Source: a bacterium
GTDB lineage: Bacteria > Bacillota_I > Bacilli_A > RFN20 > CAG-826
DNA: 64,000 nt
Reading direction: 5' to 3'
Assembly: GCA_963617535.1 (NCBI GenBank)
Contig: CAVEPD010000003.1
Span: 28,225 to 92,224, forward strand
The notes below the pieces were generated by a model. The model did not search any database and was not told the DNA's origin. It worked only from the letters and a program-made list of their open reading frames with translations. Below, one piece after another: positions 9,469-17,531 of this stretch. The stretch's first letter is position 1. Each line of letters starts with the position of its first letter. Made by a program: the position numbers and the translations under genes.

Positions 9469-11201
9469 GCACGGCAAAACTAAGAAAAACGAGTGTCGCC
9501 TCCTTTTTCAAGGTTGACTGGCGGGCTTTTAAAGTGCTCGTCAAGATGCTGCTTGCCAATTCCTTGTCCTTGGATTTGAAGCACAACAAGAAGAAGGCGA
9601 TTATCAAACTGCTTTTAAGCGTCTTGGCTTTCGCGGTTATCGCCGCGCTTTCTTATGCCTTCTTCTACATTTGCATCCGATTCAATATCTTCTCCCTCTT
9701 GGCCTTCGTCCCGATGGATGTGCCTTCCATCGTGGTGACGATTTTGCTTTTATTCTCTTTCTTCTCTTCATTAGGCAGGGTGACCGAGGACCTTTATTTC
9801 GCGAATGACAACAAGGTTTTGCTTACCTTCCCGACGAACGGGAACACCCTCTTCCTTTCTAGGCTCGCCGTGTGCTTCTTGAACACCTATCTTAGGTCAC
9901 TGCTATTAGAAATTCCCTTCCTCATCGGCTATTTTGCCGTCAGCGGATACCCCGTTTATATGTATTTTGTCTTGTTCCTTGTTTGGGCGGTCATCGATTT
10001 GGTCTTGATGCTTCTTTGCTCTTTGCTCTCAATCCCGGTTTACTATGGCAAGAAATATCTTAGGACCCATGGATTCGCTAATACGATTGTGCTTAGCCTA
10101 TTCATCGCCGTCATCCTCGCTTTGTGCATCTTCGTGATTGCCATCATCCCGAGCAACATCGACATCTTCTCGAACTGGGGCACGTATTTCGCGAAGATCC
10201 AAAACGGTTTGGTGTTCTACCGGACGAAGCTCGGCTTCTTTTACAGGGCTTCGATGCTTTATCTTGGAAACTTCACGGGCTTCAGCTTCGCTTATTTCTC
10301 CAAGGGAGGACTCGCTGGGCTATATGCTTTCTTAATCCTTTTAGGCTCCATCGTTTTGCTTTACCTTGCCTCTTTGGCTCTTGCTAGCCCTCTTTATCTC
10401 CGCCTTGCTAGCCAAACGGGGGAGCTACAAGGGAAGAGTGGGAAGAAAGACTCAAACAAAGGAGGCAGGACCCATTCCCCGTTCGTCTCGCAATTAAAGA
10501 AGGAGGCGATCCTCTTCTTCAAGGATTCCTCTTTTTCCTCGCCTTATCTAGGGATTTTCCTCGCTTTGCCTCTTCTTTTATCCTTGCTAGCCAAGCTCTT
10601 CGGAGCGATGGACCTCAATAGCAGGGGTGAAGGATACGTGCAGGTCGTGCTTCTGCTCATCGGCTTATTGCTTTCTTTGAGCGCGAACGCGGGCATCGCA
10701 AAAATCTATAGCCTCGAAGGAGGGGCGTTCAAATTAAGCAGGACCTACCCTCTTAAAGGCGCAGCAATCATCTCGAGCAAGCTAATCATCCCTGGGACGA
10801 TTGGGTGCTTGAGCCTACTCGCCTCGCTTATCGCCCTAAACTCCATCCGCCCAGAGATGGCTAATGGGAATACCTTCATGGGAATCGGGGCCATCCTTAT
10901 TTACATAGGCCATCTTCTTTATAGCGCGGGATTAGATTTCACGAGTCCAAAATCGAACTTTGGGGATGCCTCTTTCTTCAACAGTTCGGAGAATCGTTCG
11001 ACGATTATGGGATTCATAACCGCCTCTCTTCTTTCCGTCTTCTATTACCTTTACTTCCAAGACCATATTCTTTGGCTGCCCACCATCGAAAGCACCGCGG
11101 GGCTCAAAGTTTTCCTGATTTCTGTCCTTTATCTCGGGCTTAACGTTTTGCTTTACGTCCGCAAGATCAAATACATCTACAAAACGGGGGAGGAGTTATG
11201 A
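9465..11201 (+). CDS. putative ABC exporter permease (multi-pass membrane protein)
   Basis: 578 aa with more than 10 hydrophobic segments. GTG start overlaps the upstream ATPase stop by 4 nt, implying operon coupling. Confidence 0.7.
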   Translation: MSTAKLRKTSVASFFKVDWRAFKVLVKMLLANSLSLDLKHNKKKAIIKLLLSVLAFAVIAALSYAFFYICIRFNIFSLLAFVPMDVPSIVVTILLLFSFFSSLGRVTEDLYFANDNKVLLTFPTNGNTLFLSRLAVCFLNTYLRSLLLEIPFLIGYFAVSGYPVYMYFVLFLVWAVIDLVLMLLCSLLSIPVYYGKKYLRTHGFANTIVLSLFIAVILALCIFVIAIIPSNIDIFSNWGTYFAKIQNGLVFYRTKLGFFYRASMLYLGNFTGFSFAYFSKGGLAGLYAFLILLGSIVLLYLASLALASPLYLRLASQTGELQGKSGKKDSNKGGRTHSPFVSQLKKEAILFFKDSSFSSPYLGIFLALPLLLSLLAKLFGAMDLNSRGEGYVQVVLLLIGLLLSLSANAGIAKIYSLEGGAFKLSRTYPLKGAAIISSKLIIPGTIGCLSLLASLIALNSIRPEMANGNTFMGIGAILIYIGHLLYSAGLDFTSPKSNFGDASFFNSSENRSTIMGFITASLLSVFYYLYFQDHILWLPTIESTAGLKVFLISVLYLGLNVLLYVRKIKYIYKTGEEL

Positions 11202-11710
11202 AAAAAGGAGTCGCGATTCTCGTTGGCGCCATCAGCCTGCTTGCCGTCGTGTTCGTCGCCGTTTTCGGAACCCGCCCGCAGGGCATTGTCCCGGTCGTCT
11301 ACATCACGAGCCTCACCATCAAGCCTAGCGACGACAGCCGTTATTGGACGAATAATTCCGGCGATCATCAATGCCTCATCAATTACGATCCCGACAAAGA
11401 AGTCTATGACGGGGAGAATTATTTCATGCCTTACGTCTTCGTCACGGAGGTGCTCCCTGACAACGCCACCGATCGAAGCTTCGTCTATACTCTCGCGAGC
11501 GAATATAACGATTTCATCACGTTCTCTTCTGGCGAAAACTCCGCTCGCCAAGGTGCTTTCTTAATCAAGAAGAGAACGGATAGGAAGAACCCGATGGTCG
11601 TGTCCATCTCCGTCCATCCAGAAGATGGGGGAAACGGTTCGAGAGATACTCTCAAGATCGTCCTTACTTATGACAAGGTGTATGTAAGTCCGACGACGAC
11701 TTCTGCTTAA
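11198..11710 (+). CDS. small membrane-anchored/exported protein
   Basis: 170 aa with an N-terminal signal-anchor (MKKGVAILVGAISLLAVVFVAVFG). ATGA overlap with the upstream permease. Confidence 0.65.
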   Translation: MKKGVAILVGAISLLAVVFVAVFGTRPQGIVPVVYITSLTIKPSDDSRYWTNNSGDHQCLINYDPDKEVYDGENYFMPYVFVTEVLPDNATDRSFVYTLASEYNDFITFSSGENSARQGAFLIKKRTDRKNPMVVSISVHPEDGGNGSRDTLKIVLTYDKVYVSPTTTSA

Positions 11711-11717
11711 ACTAGCA

Positions 11718-11734
11718 GACCGCCTAAAGCGGTC
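11718..11734 (+). terminator. possible terminator hairpin after the ABC operon
   Basis: GACCGC-CTAAA-GCGGTC hairpin 8 nt after the stop. No T-run follows. Confidence 0.35.
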
Positions 11735-11971
11735 GTAAAAACCTACTTTAAAAAACTAGCAAGAAAAGCCTTAAAGGGCACTCGATTATATTTCAAGTTG
11801 CTGAAGCTGATTTCGTCTATTGTTTGGCGTTCAAAAAAGAACTTAAATAGACAAAATTGGCATGGCTTCGTTAATTGACGGAAAAGCAATAATTAAGCAA
11901 CTTAAAAAATCGAATAATTTTTGTTTTGCTTTGTTTTCCTTAGGAAAAAACTAGCCTATACTTTGAAACAT

Positions 11972-13399
11972 ATGGAAGATGTCATTGTCATTGGCGGTGG
12001 AGTTATCGGCGCGTTTATCGCCCGTAATCTCTCCCGTTACGAGCTTTCCACCCTCGTGCTCGAAAAAGAAAACGACGTGGGCAATGTTACCTCGATGGCC
12101 AATAGCGCCATCGTGCACTCCGGCTATGATCCCGTCCCTGGAACCAAGAAAGCGAGATTCAACGTCGAAGGGAATAAAATGTATCCTTCGGTCTGCAAGG
12201 AGCTCGACGTCGATTTCGAGCAATGCGGCTCTCTTACGATCGCCTTGGACGAAAAGCAAAAGAAAGTTCTTGAGGATTTGGCCGTCCGCGCGAAAGAAAA
12301 CGGCGTTGAAGCCAAGCTTTTGACTGGCGAAGAGGCAAGAGCCCTGGAAAAGAATCTCTCCTCGGATTGCGTCGCCGCGCTTCTTTGCCCAACTGCTGGC
12401 ATCGTTAATCCCTTTAACCTCGTCGCCCATTGCTTTGAGAATGCCCTCGATAACGGCGTGAAGCTGCATCTAGGCGAAGAAGTGGTGGAAGTGAAAGAGG
12501 AAAATGGCCTTTTCAAAGTCAAAACTAAGAAAGATACATACGAAGCCAAAGTCGTCATCAATGCGGCTGGGTTAAAGAGCGAGGAATTCGCGAGGATGAT
12601 GGATGACATCTCTTGGACCATCAACCCGCGAAAGGGCGAATATTACGTCCTCGACCATTTTGATTCTTCTTTCGTAAACCACGTGCTTTTCCCTCTCCCT
12701 AGCGAGAAAGGCAAAGGTATTTTGGTAATCCGCACGACGAGCAACGATTACCTCATCGGGCCGAGCTCGGAATATAACGGCGACAAGGAGGATATGTCCA
12801 CCGATTCGCCCACCTTAGGCAAAGTCAAAGCCGAGGCGAGCGAGATGGTGAAGAACATTCCTTTCTACGAGCAGATCAGGGTTTTCGCCGGTCTTCGCGC
12901 GACTCCTTCCACGCACGATTTCATCATCGAGCCAAGCAAGAGCCATCCTCATTTCATCAACGTCGCTGGCATTGAATCTCCAGGCCTAGCAAGTAGCCCT
13001 GCGATCGGCAAATACGTCGTCGAGGAGCTCGTTTCGCAAATCCTTCCTTTGAAGGCGAAAGCCTCTTACAAGAAGGAAGTCCGTCCCTACGTCCATCCGA
13101 ATAAGATGAGCGCGGAGGAAAGAGACGCCCTCATTAAAAGCAACCCCGATTACGGCGACATCATCTGCAACTGCGAGAAGGTGAGCCTAGGCGAGATCAA
13201 GGACGTGCTCTCTCGCTCTGTCCCTTGCAGGACCATCAAAGCGGTGAAGAAACGCACGAGGGCCGGATTCGGCAAATGTCAAGGCGGTTTCTGCCAGCCT
13301 AAGGTCTTACTGCTTCTAGCGAAGTATTTCGGCGTTTCGCCTCTAGACATCCTTTACGACAAGGATGGGTCGAACATCCTTAAGGAGGCCAGCAAGTGA
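11972..13399 (+). CDS. FAD-dependent oxidoreductase, GlpA/glycerol-3-phosphate dehydrogenase-like with a BFD-like [2Fe-2S] region
   Basis: Start MEDVIVIGGGVIGAFIARNLS (FAD GxGxxG). C-terminal ICNCEKVSLGEIKDVL and CQGGFCQ Cys motifs. The ORF-track start at 11921 (TTG) is less likely. Confidence 0.8.
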   Translation: MEDVIVIGGGVIGAFIARNLSRYELSTLVLEKENDVGNVTSMANSAIVHSGYDPVPGTKKARFNVEGNKMYPSVCKELDVDFEQCGSLTIALDEKQKKVLEDLAVRAKENGVEAKLLTGEEARALEKNLSSDCVAALLCPTAGIVNPFNLVAHCFENALDNGVKLHLGEEVVEVKEENGLFKVKTKKDTYEAKVVINAAGLKSEEFARMMDDISWTINPRKGEYYVLDHFDSSFVNHVLFPLPSEKGKGILVIRTTSNDYLIGPSSEYNGDKEDMSTDSPTLGKVKAEASEMVKNIPFYEQIRVFAGLRATPSTHDFIIEPSKSHPHFINVAGIESPGLASSPAIGKYVVEELVSQILPLKAKASYKKEVRPYVHPNKMSAEERDALIKSNPDYGDIICNCEKVSLGEIKDVLSRSVPCRTIKAVKKRTRAGFGKCQGGFCQPKVLLLLAKYFGVSPLDILYDKDGSNILKEASK

Positions 13400-14661
13400 T
13401 TATGGAAGAGAAAGAATTGGTAATTATCGGCGGGGGCAGCGCGGGCATGGCCGCGGCCGTCGCCGCCTATGACGGGGGAGTGAGGGACATCCTCGTCCTT
13501 GAGAGGACGAACTTCCTCGGAGGCATCCTCAATCAGTGCATCCATAACGGCTTCGGGCTCAACGCCTTCAAAGAAGAGCTCACCGGACCTGAGTTTTTCT
13601 ATCGCTTTGAAGAGGAGATGGAAAAGAGAGGGATCGCCTATGAATTAGAGACCAACGTCACCTCAATCACCAAAGACAAGGTGGTTACCTATCTCAACAA
13701 GAAGGGCTGCAAAGAGGTGAAAGCCAAAGCCATCATCATGGCCGCGGGCTGCTACGAGAGGAATGCGGGCGCGATTGGCACCCCGGGCGACAGGCCAAGC
13801 GGAGTCATCACCGCGGGGCAAGCGCAGCTTTACCTAAACGAATACGGATATCTCGTTGGCAAAAAGGTCTTCATCTTGGGTTCAGGCGACATTGGCCTCA
13901 TCATGGCTAGGCGCATGACCCTAGAAGGGGCAAAGGTCTTAGGCGTCGCCGAGCTTTGTTCATATTCAAACGGCCTCAACAGAAACATCCAGCAATGCCT
14001 CATCGACTACAACATTCCTCTCTATCTCTCCCATACGGTGAGCAGGATCATCGGGAAAAACGGCCACCTCGAAGCGATTGAACTTTCCGAGGTCGACGAG
14101 AACAAACGCATCATTCCCGGGACCGGGAAAATCTATGAAGTCGATACTTTGCTCCTTTCGATTGGGCTTATCCCCAATAACGACTTGCTCAACAAGATGG
14201 GCATCCCCCAGTCTCGAAGCAGGGGCAGCGTGGTGAATGAGCACCTTGAGACTTCGATTGATGGTGTCTTCTCCTGTGGCAACGTCCTCCATGTCCATGA
14301 TCTCGCCGATTACGTGGTTGAGGAAGGAAAGACTGCTGGGAATAGCGCCTCTCTTTATCTTTCTGGCAAATTGCCTCGCCACGCTGAGACCATCCTCACC
14401 GAGGCCGGCGAAGGGATTGGCTATGTCGTTCCTGGCATCATTGACTTAGAGAACGCCGAAGAGAAAATCCCCTTCAAATTCCGCGTCAGAGTGCCTAGCA
14501 AAGACGTTTACATCACCTATGCTTTCAACGGCGAGGTCGTGAAGAGAATCTACAAGCAGACCATCATCCCAAGCGAGATGGAAATCGACTATCTCCCGAA
14601 GAGCCTGTTTAAATCTAACTCCGGGAAAATCGTCGTCAGCCTCGTGAAGAAAGGAGCGTGA
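13396..14661 (+). CDS. NAD(P)/FAD-dependent pyridine nucleotide-disulfide oxidoreductase family protein
   Basis: Two dinucleotide-binding motifs: LVIIGGGSAGMAAA and VFILGSGDIGLIMA. AAGGAGG SD 8 nt before GTG 13396. Overlaps the upstream stop. Confidence 0.8.
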   Translation: MIMEEKELVIIGGGSAGMAAAVAAYDGGVRDILVLERTNFLGGILNQCIHNGFGLNAFKEELTGPEFFYRFEEEMEKRGIAYELETNVTSITKDKVVTYLNKKGCKEVKAKAIIMAAGCYERNAGAIGTPGDRPSGVITAGQAQLYLNEYGYLVGKKVFILGSGDIGLIMARRMTLEGAKVLGVAELCSYSNGLNRNIQQCLIDYNIPLYLSHTVSRIIGKNGHLEAIELSEVDENKRIIPGTGKIYEVDTLLLSIGLIPNNDLLNKMGIPQSRSRGSVVNEHLETSIDGVFSCGNVLHVHDLADYVVEEGKTAGNSASLYLSGKLPRHAETILTEAGEGIGYVVPGIIDLENAEEKIPFKFRVRVPSKDVYITYAFNGEVVKRIYKQTIIPSEMEIDYLPKSLFKSNSGKIVVSLVKKGA

Positions 14662-14663
14662 AC

Positions 14664-15008
14664 ATGACTGAATTAACTTGCATTATCTGCCCGAATGGCT
14701 GCCGCCTCAAAGTGGACGACAACCTAAACGTCACCGGGAATAAGTGCCCTAGAGGGGCGGCTTATGGGAAGCAAGAGGTCACTAACCCCACCCGCACAAT
14801 CACCTCGACCGTCCGCTGCGACTCGAAAGAGCTGAAAGTCTGCCCCGTCAAAACGAAAGAAGCGGTGGCGAAAGGAAAGATCTTCGACGTCATGAAGGAC
14901 ATCAATACCTGCTCCGTCAAAGTTCCTTGCCATATCGGGGACGTGGTGAAAAGCGACATTGGGGGAAGCGGAGTCGACCTCGTCGTCACAAGAACGATTT
15001 TGAAGTAA
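14664..15008 (+). CDS. DUF1667-type small Cys-rich protein
   Basis: MTELTCIICPNGCRLKV...NKCPRG motif. Third member of the oxidoreductase triad. AAAGGAG SD 7 nt upstream of ATG 14664. Confidence 0.75.
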   Translation: MTELTCIICPNGCRLKVDDNLNVTGNKCPRGAAYGKQEVTNPTRTITSTVRCDSKELKVCPVKTKEAVAKGKIFDVMKDINTCSVKVPCHIGDVVKSDIGGSGVDLVVTRTILK

Positions 15009-15009
15009 T

Positions 15010-15555
15010 ATGCGCCTATTGATCGGAAGCGACATCCACGGAAGGCTCGGGCCGATGAAGAAATTCAGCAGCCTTATTCTTTCCTATCGCCCCGATCGCG
15101 TGCTTTTGCTCGGCGATTACCTTTACGCCGGGCCTCGCAACGCCCTCTCCCCGGACTACGATCCGAGCGAAGTGAGCAAGATCCTGAACAAATGGGCTAG
15201 CATTATCGTCGCCGTAAAGGGCGACTGCGATTCCAGAGCCGACCAAAGCGTTCTTCGCTTCAATATGCTCGAGGACTGCCGCGTGCTTGATTTGGCCGGC
15301 AGGAAGGCCGATCTCATTCACGGAGATTTGCTAACTAGCGACATCGTCGACGTGGAGCGTGGCGATATCCTGATGTTCGGGCACACCCATGTGCCGGTTC
15401 TGAAAAAGGAGGACGGGGTCATCTATCTGAACCCTGGCTCCATTTCTTATCCAAAGTCTGGCTCGCCGGCGAGCTTCGCCCTTTTCGAGGCCAACCGAGT
15501 TGAGCTAAAAAGGCTTGATGACCAAGCCACCTTCGCTTATCTCGATTTGAATTAA
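15010..15555 (+). CDS. YfcE/MJ0936-family metallophosphoesterase
   Basis: SDIHG, GDYLY, KGDCD and GHTH metallophosphoesterase motifs. 181 aa. Confidence 0.8.
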   Translation: MRLLIGSDIHGRLGPMKKFSSLILSYRPDRVLLLGDYLYAGPRNALSPDYDPSEVSKILNKWASIIVAVKGDCDSRADQSVLRFNMLEDCRVLDLAGRKADLIHGDLLTSDIVDVERGDILMFGHTHVPVLKKEDGVIYLNPGSISYPKSGSPASFALFEANRVELKRLDDQATFAYLDLN

Positions 15556-15658
15556 GAAACCGCTATCAAAAGAAGTGAAATTGGTTATCTTTCGGGCGCA
15601 ATTTCTTTATAATTGCATTGCAAGCGACCCATAAAGCGCGTTTCGCGGAGGATTTTAT

Positions 15659-17335
15659 ATGAGTGACAATATTCGTATCGTCGGCTTAGGAGGCATGGAC
15701 GAGGAAGGCAAAGAGTGCGTCGTCGTTGAGATCAATAGCGACATCTTCGTCATCGACTGCGGGATCAGAGAGCCTGATCGCACGATGCCTGGCGTCGACT
15801 ACGTCATCCCTCGCTTCGACTACCTAGAAGAGAACAAAGACCGCGTCAGGGCCTACTTTTTGTTGCACGGCCATGACGAGGCGACGGGTGCTATCGTCTA
15901 TCTTTACGAGAAGGTGCCCGCGCCGATCTATTGCACCGCGGTGACGAAGGCGATGATCACGAACTTCGCTAAGCACACCGGCAAAGACATCGCCAAATTC
16001 GACTGGAACATCATTCCTCCGACTTCGAGCGTCATCGTCGCGAAAAGGAAAGTCCAGTTCTTTCACACCGCGCACAACATCGCCGATTCCTGCGGCGTGG
16101 CCATCCACACCGACAAGGGCAACATCATTTACACCGACGACTTCGTCATCGAAAACAACGCCACCCCCTCCTTCCTTTTCGATTCGAGGGCAGTGGGGAA
16201 GATCGCTGAAGAGCCCACTCTCCTTTTGATGACCGAGTCGCTTTACGCCTCTAGGGCTGGCTACACCGCGCCGAATTACCGTCTCCTTCCCTTGCTTCAG
16301 CAGGATTTCAAGGCGGCCACAGGGCGCATCTTCGTCTCCCTTTTCTCGAACAATCTCTTCAATATCGGCGAGATCGTGAACCTCGCGATCGAGTGCCATA
16401 AGAAAATCATCCCTTACGATGCTTTGGCTCAGGAAGTCCTCGACACGATGCAAGCCAGCGGTCAGGTCAATATCCCCCCGACCTGTAAAGCGAGCATCGA
16501 CAGCCTTCTCCGTCTCAAAGACGACGATATCGTCGTCATCATGACGGCTTTCGGCGCGAAGCTCTTCCGCCGCATCGCCCTTTTAGCCTCGGGCGAAAAC
16601 GAGGACAAGAGGGTGAAGATCGGGGAGAAGGACACTTTCTTCTGGTGCTCTCCTAGCGACGATAACACTGAACTCGAATACACCGACGCGATCGATGAGC
16701 TTTACCGCACTGGTTGCAAAGTGGTCAACATCAACAAAAAATCCTTCCTCAAGATGCACGCCTGCCAAGAGGACATCAAGACCATGATCTCGATGCTCCG
16801 CCCGAAGTATTACCTGCCTGTGAGGGGCCTTTACAAAGACCTTCTCGCAAACTGCATGGTGGCCTTAGGCATGGGGGTGGGGCTTAACCACGCGAACGTC
16901 TTCCTCGTGGAGAACGGCATCAGCGTCCTCATCGACGACAAAGGCGCGCGCTCCTTCGACGAGAAAATACCCCATGGCGACATCATGATCGACGGCGAGG
17001 GAGTGGGGGATGTTTCCATGCAGGTGCTCGAAGACAGGCAGCAGCTCGCCGAGGGGGTCGTGATCCTCGCGATCACCGTCTCCGAGAGCAAGCGCAAGAT
17101 CATCGCCGGACCCGACATCCAGATGAGGGGCTTCGTCTACGCCAAAGACGCCGACATCATTCAGCGTGATGCGAGCAAGGTCTTCCTCGCGACCGTCGAG
17201 GAGTACCTCGAGAAGAACATCGACCTCGATTTGGAGGGGCTTAAGCAAAGCGTTTACGAGAAATCGCTTCGCACAATCCGCCGCCAGACCGGCAAAGAGC
17301 CGATGATTGTTCCTCTCATCGTCGCGCTTCCTTAA
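15659..17335 (+). CDS. rnj: ribonuclease J family protein (J2-like, degenerate metal-binding motifs)
   Basis: 558 aa with beta-CASP/MBL architecture. Motif II reads HGHDEA (15866-15883) instead of HxHxDH. The C-terminal PVHGE-type motif reads PVRGL. GGAGG SD. Confidence 0.8.
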   Translation: MSDNIRIVGLGGMDEEGKECVVVEINSDIFVIDCGIREPDRTMPGVDYVIPRFDYLEENKDRVRAYFLLHGHDEATGAIVYLYEKVPAPIYCTAVTKAMITNFAKHTGKDIAKFDWNIIPPTSSVIVAKRKVQFFHTAHNIADSCGVAIHTDKGNIIYTDDFVIENNATPSFLFDSRAVGKIAEEPTLLLMTESLYASRAGYTAPNYRLLPLLQQDFKAATGRIFVSLFSNNLFNIGEIVNLAIECHKKIIPYDALAQEVLDTMQASGQVNIPPTCKASIDSLLRLKDDDIVVIMTAFGAKLFRRIALLASGENEDKRVKIGEKDTFFWCSPSDDNTELEYTDAIDELYRTGCKVVNINKKSFLKMHACQEDIKTMISMLRPKYYLPVRGLYKDLLANCMVALGMGVGLNHANVFLVENGISVLIDDKGARSFDEKIPHGDIMIDGEGVGDVSMQVLEDRQQLAEGVVILAITVSESKRKIIAGPDIQMRGFVYAKDADIIQRDASKVFLATVEEYLEKNIDLDLEGLKQSVYEKSLRTIRRQTGKEPMIVPLIVALP

Positions 17336-17348
17336 GAAAAAAGGATTT

Positions 17349-17380
17349 GGAGCAGTCGCAAAAGATGGCTGCTCTTTTTA
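17349..17380 (+). terminator. rho-independent terminator after rnj
   Basis: GGAGCAGTC-loop-GGCTGCTC hairpin followed by TTTTT. Confidence 0.75.
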
Positions 17381-17531
17381 TATTGAGAGAGAAAATAAGC
17401 CGTGATGGGCTTTAAGAAAAGTCAAGTGGCTGAGAGAGGTTTTTACTAGGATGTAAGTAAAGAAATTCCTTTAAAAATGTTCTCTATTGGGATGCTTATG
17501 GGCTTCTCTTTGCTTTATAATAAAGTTTGCT

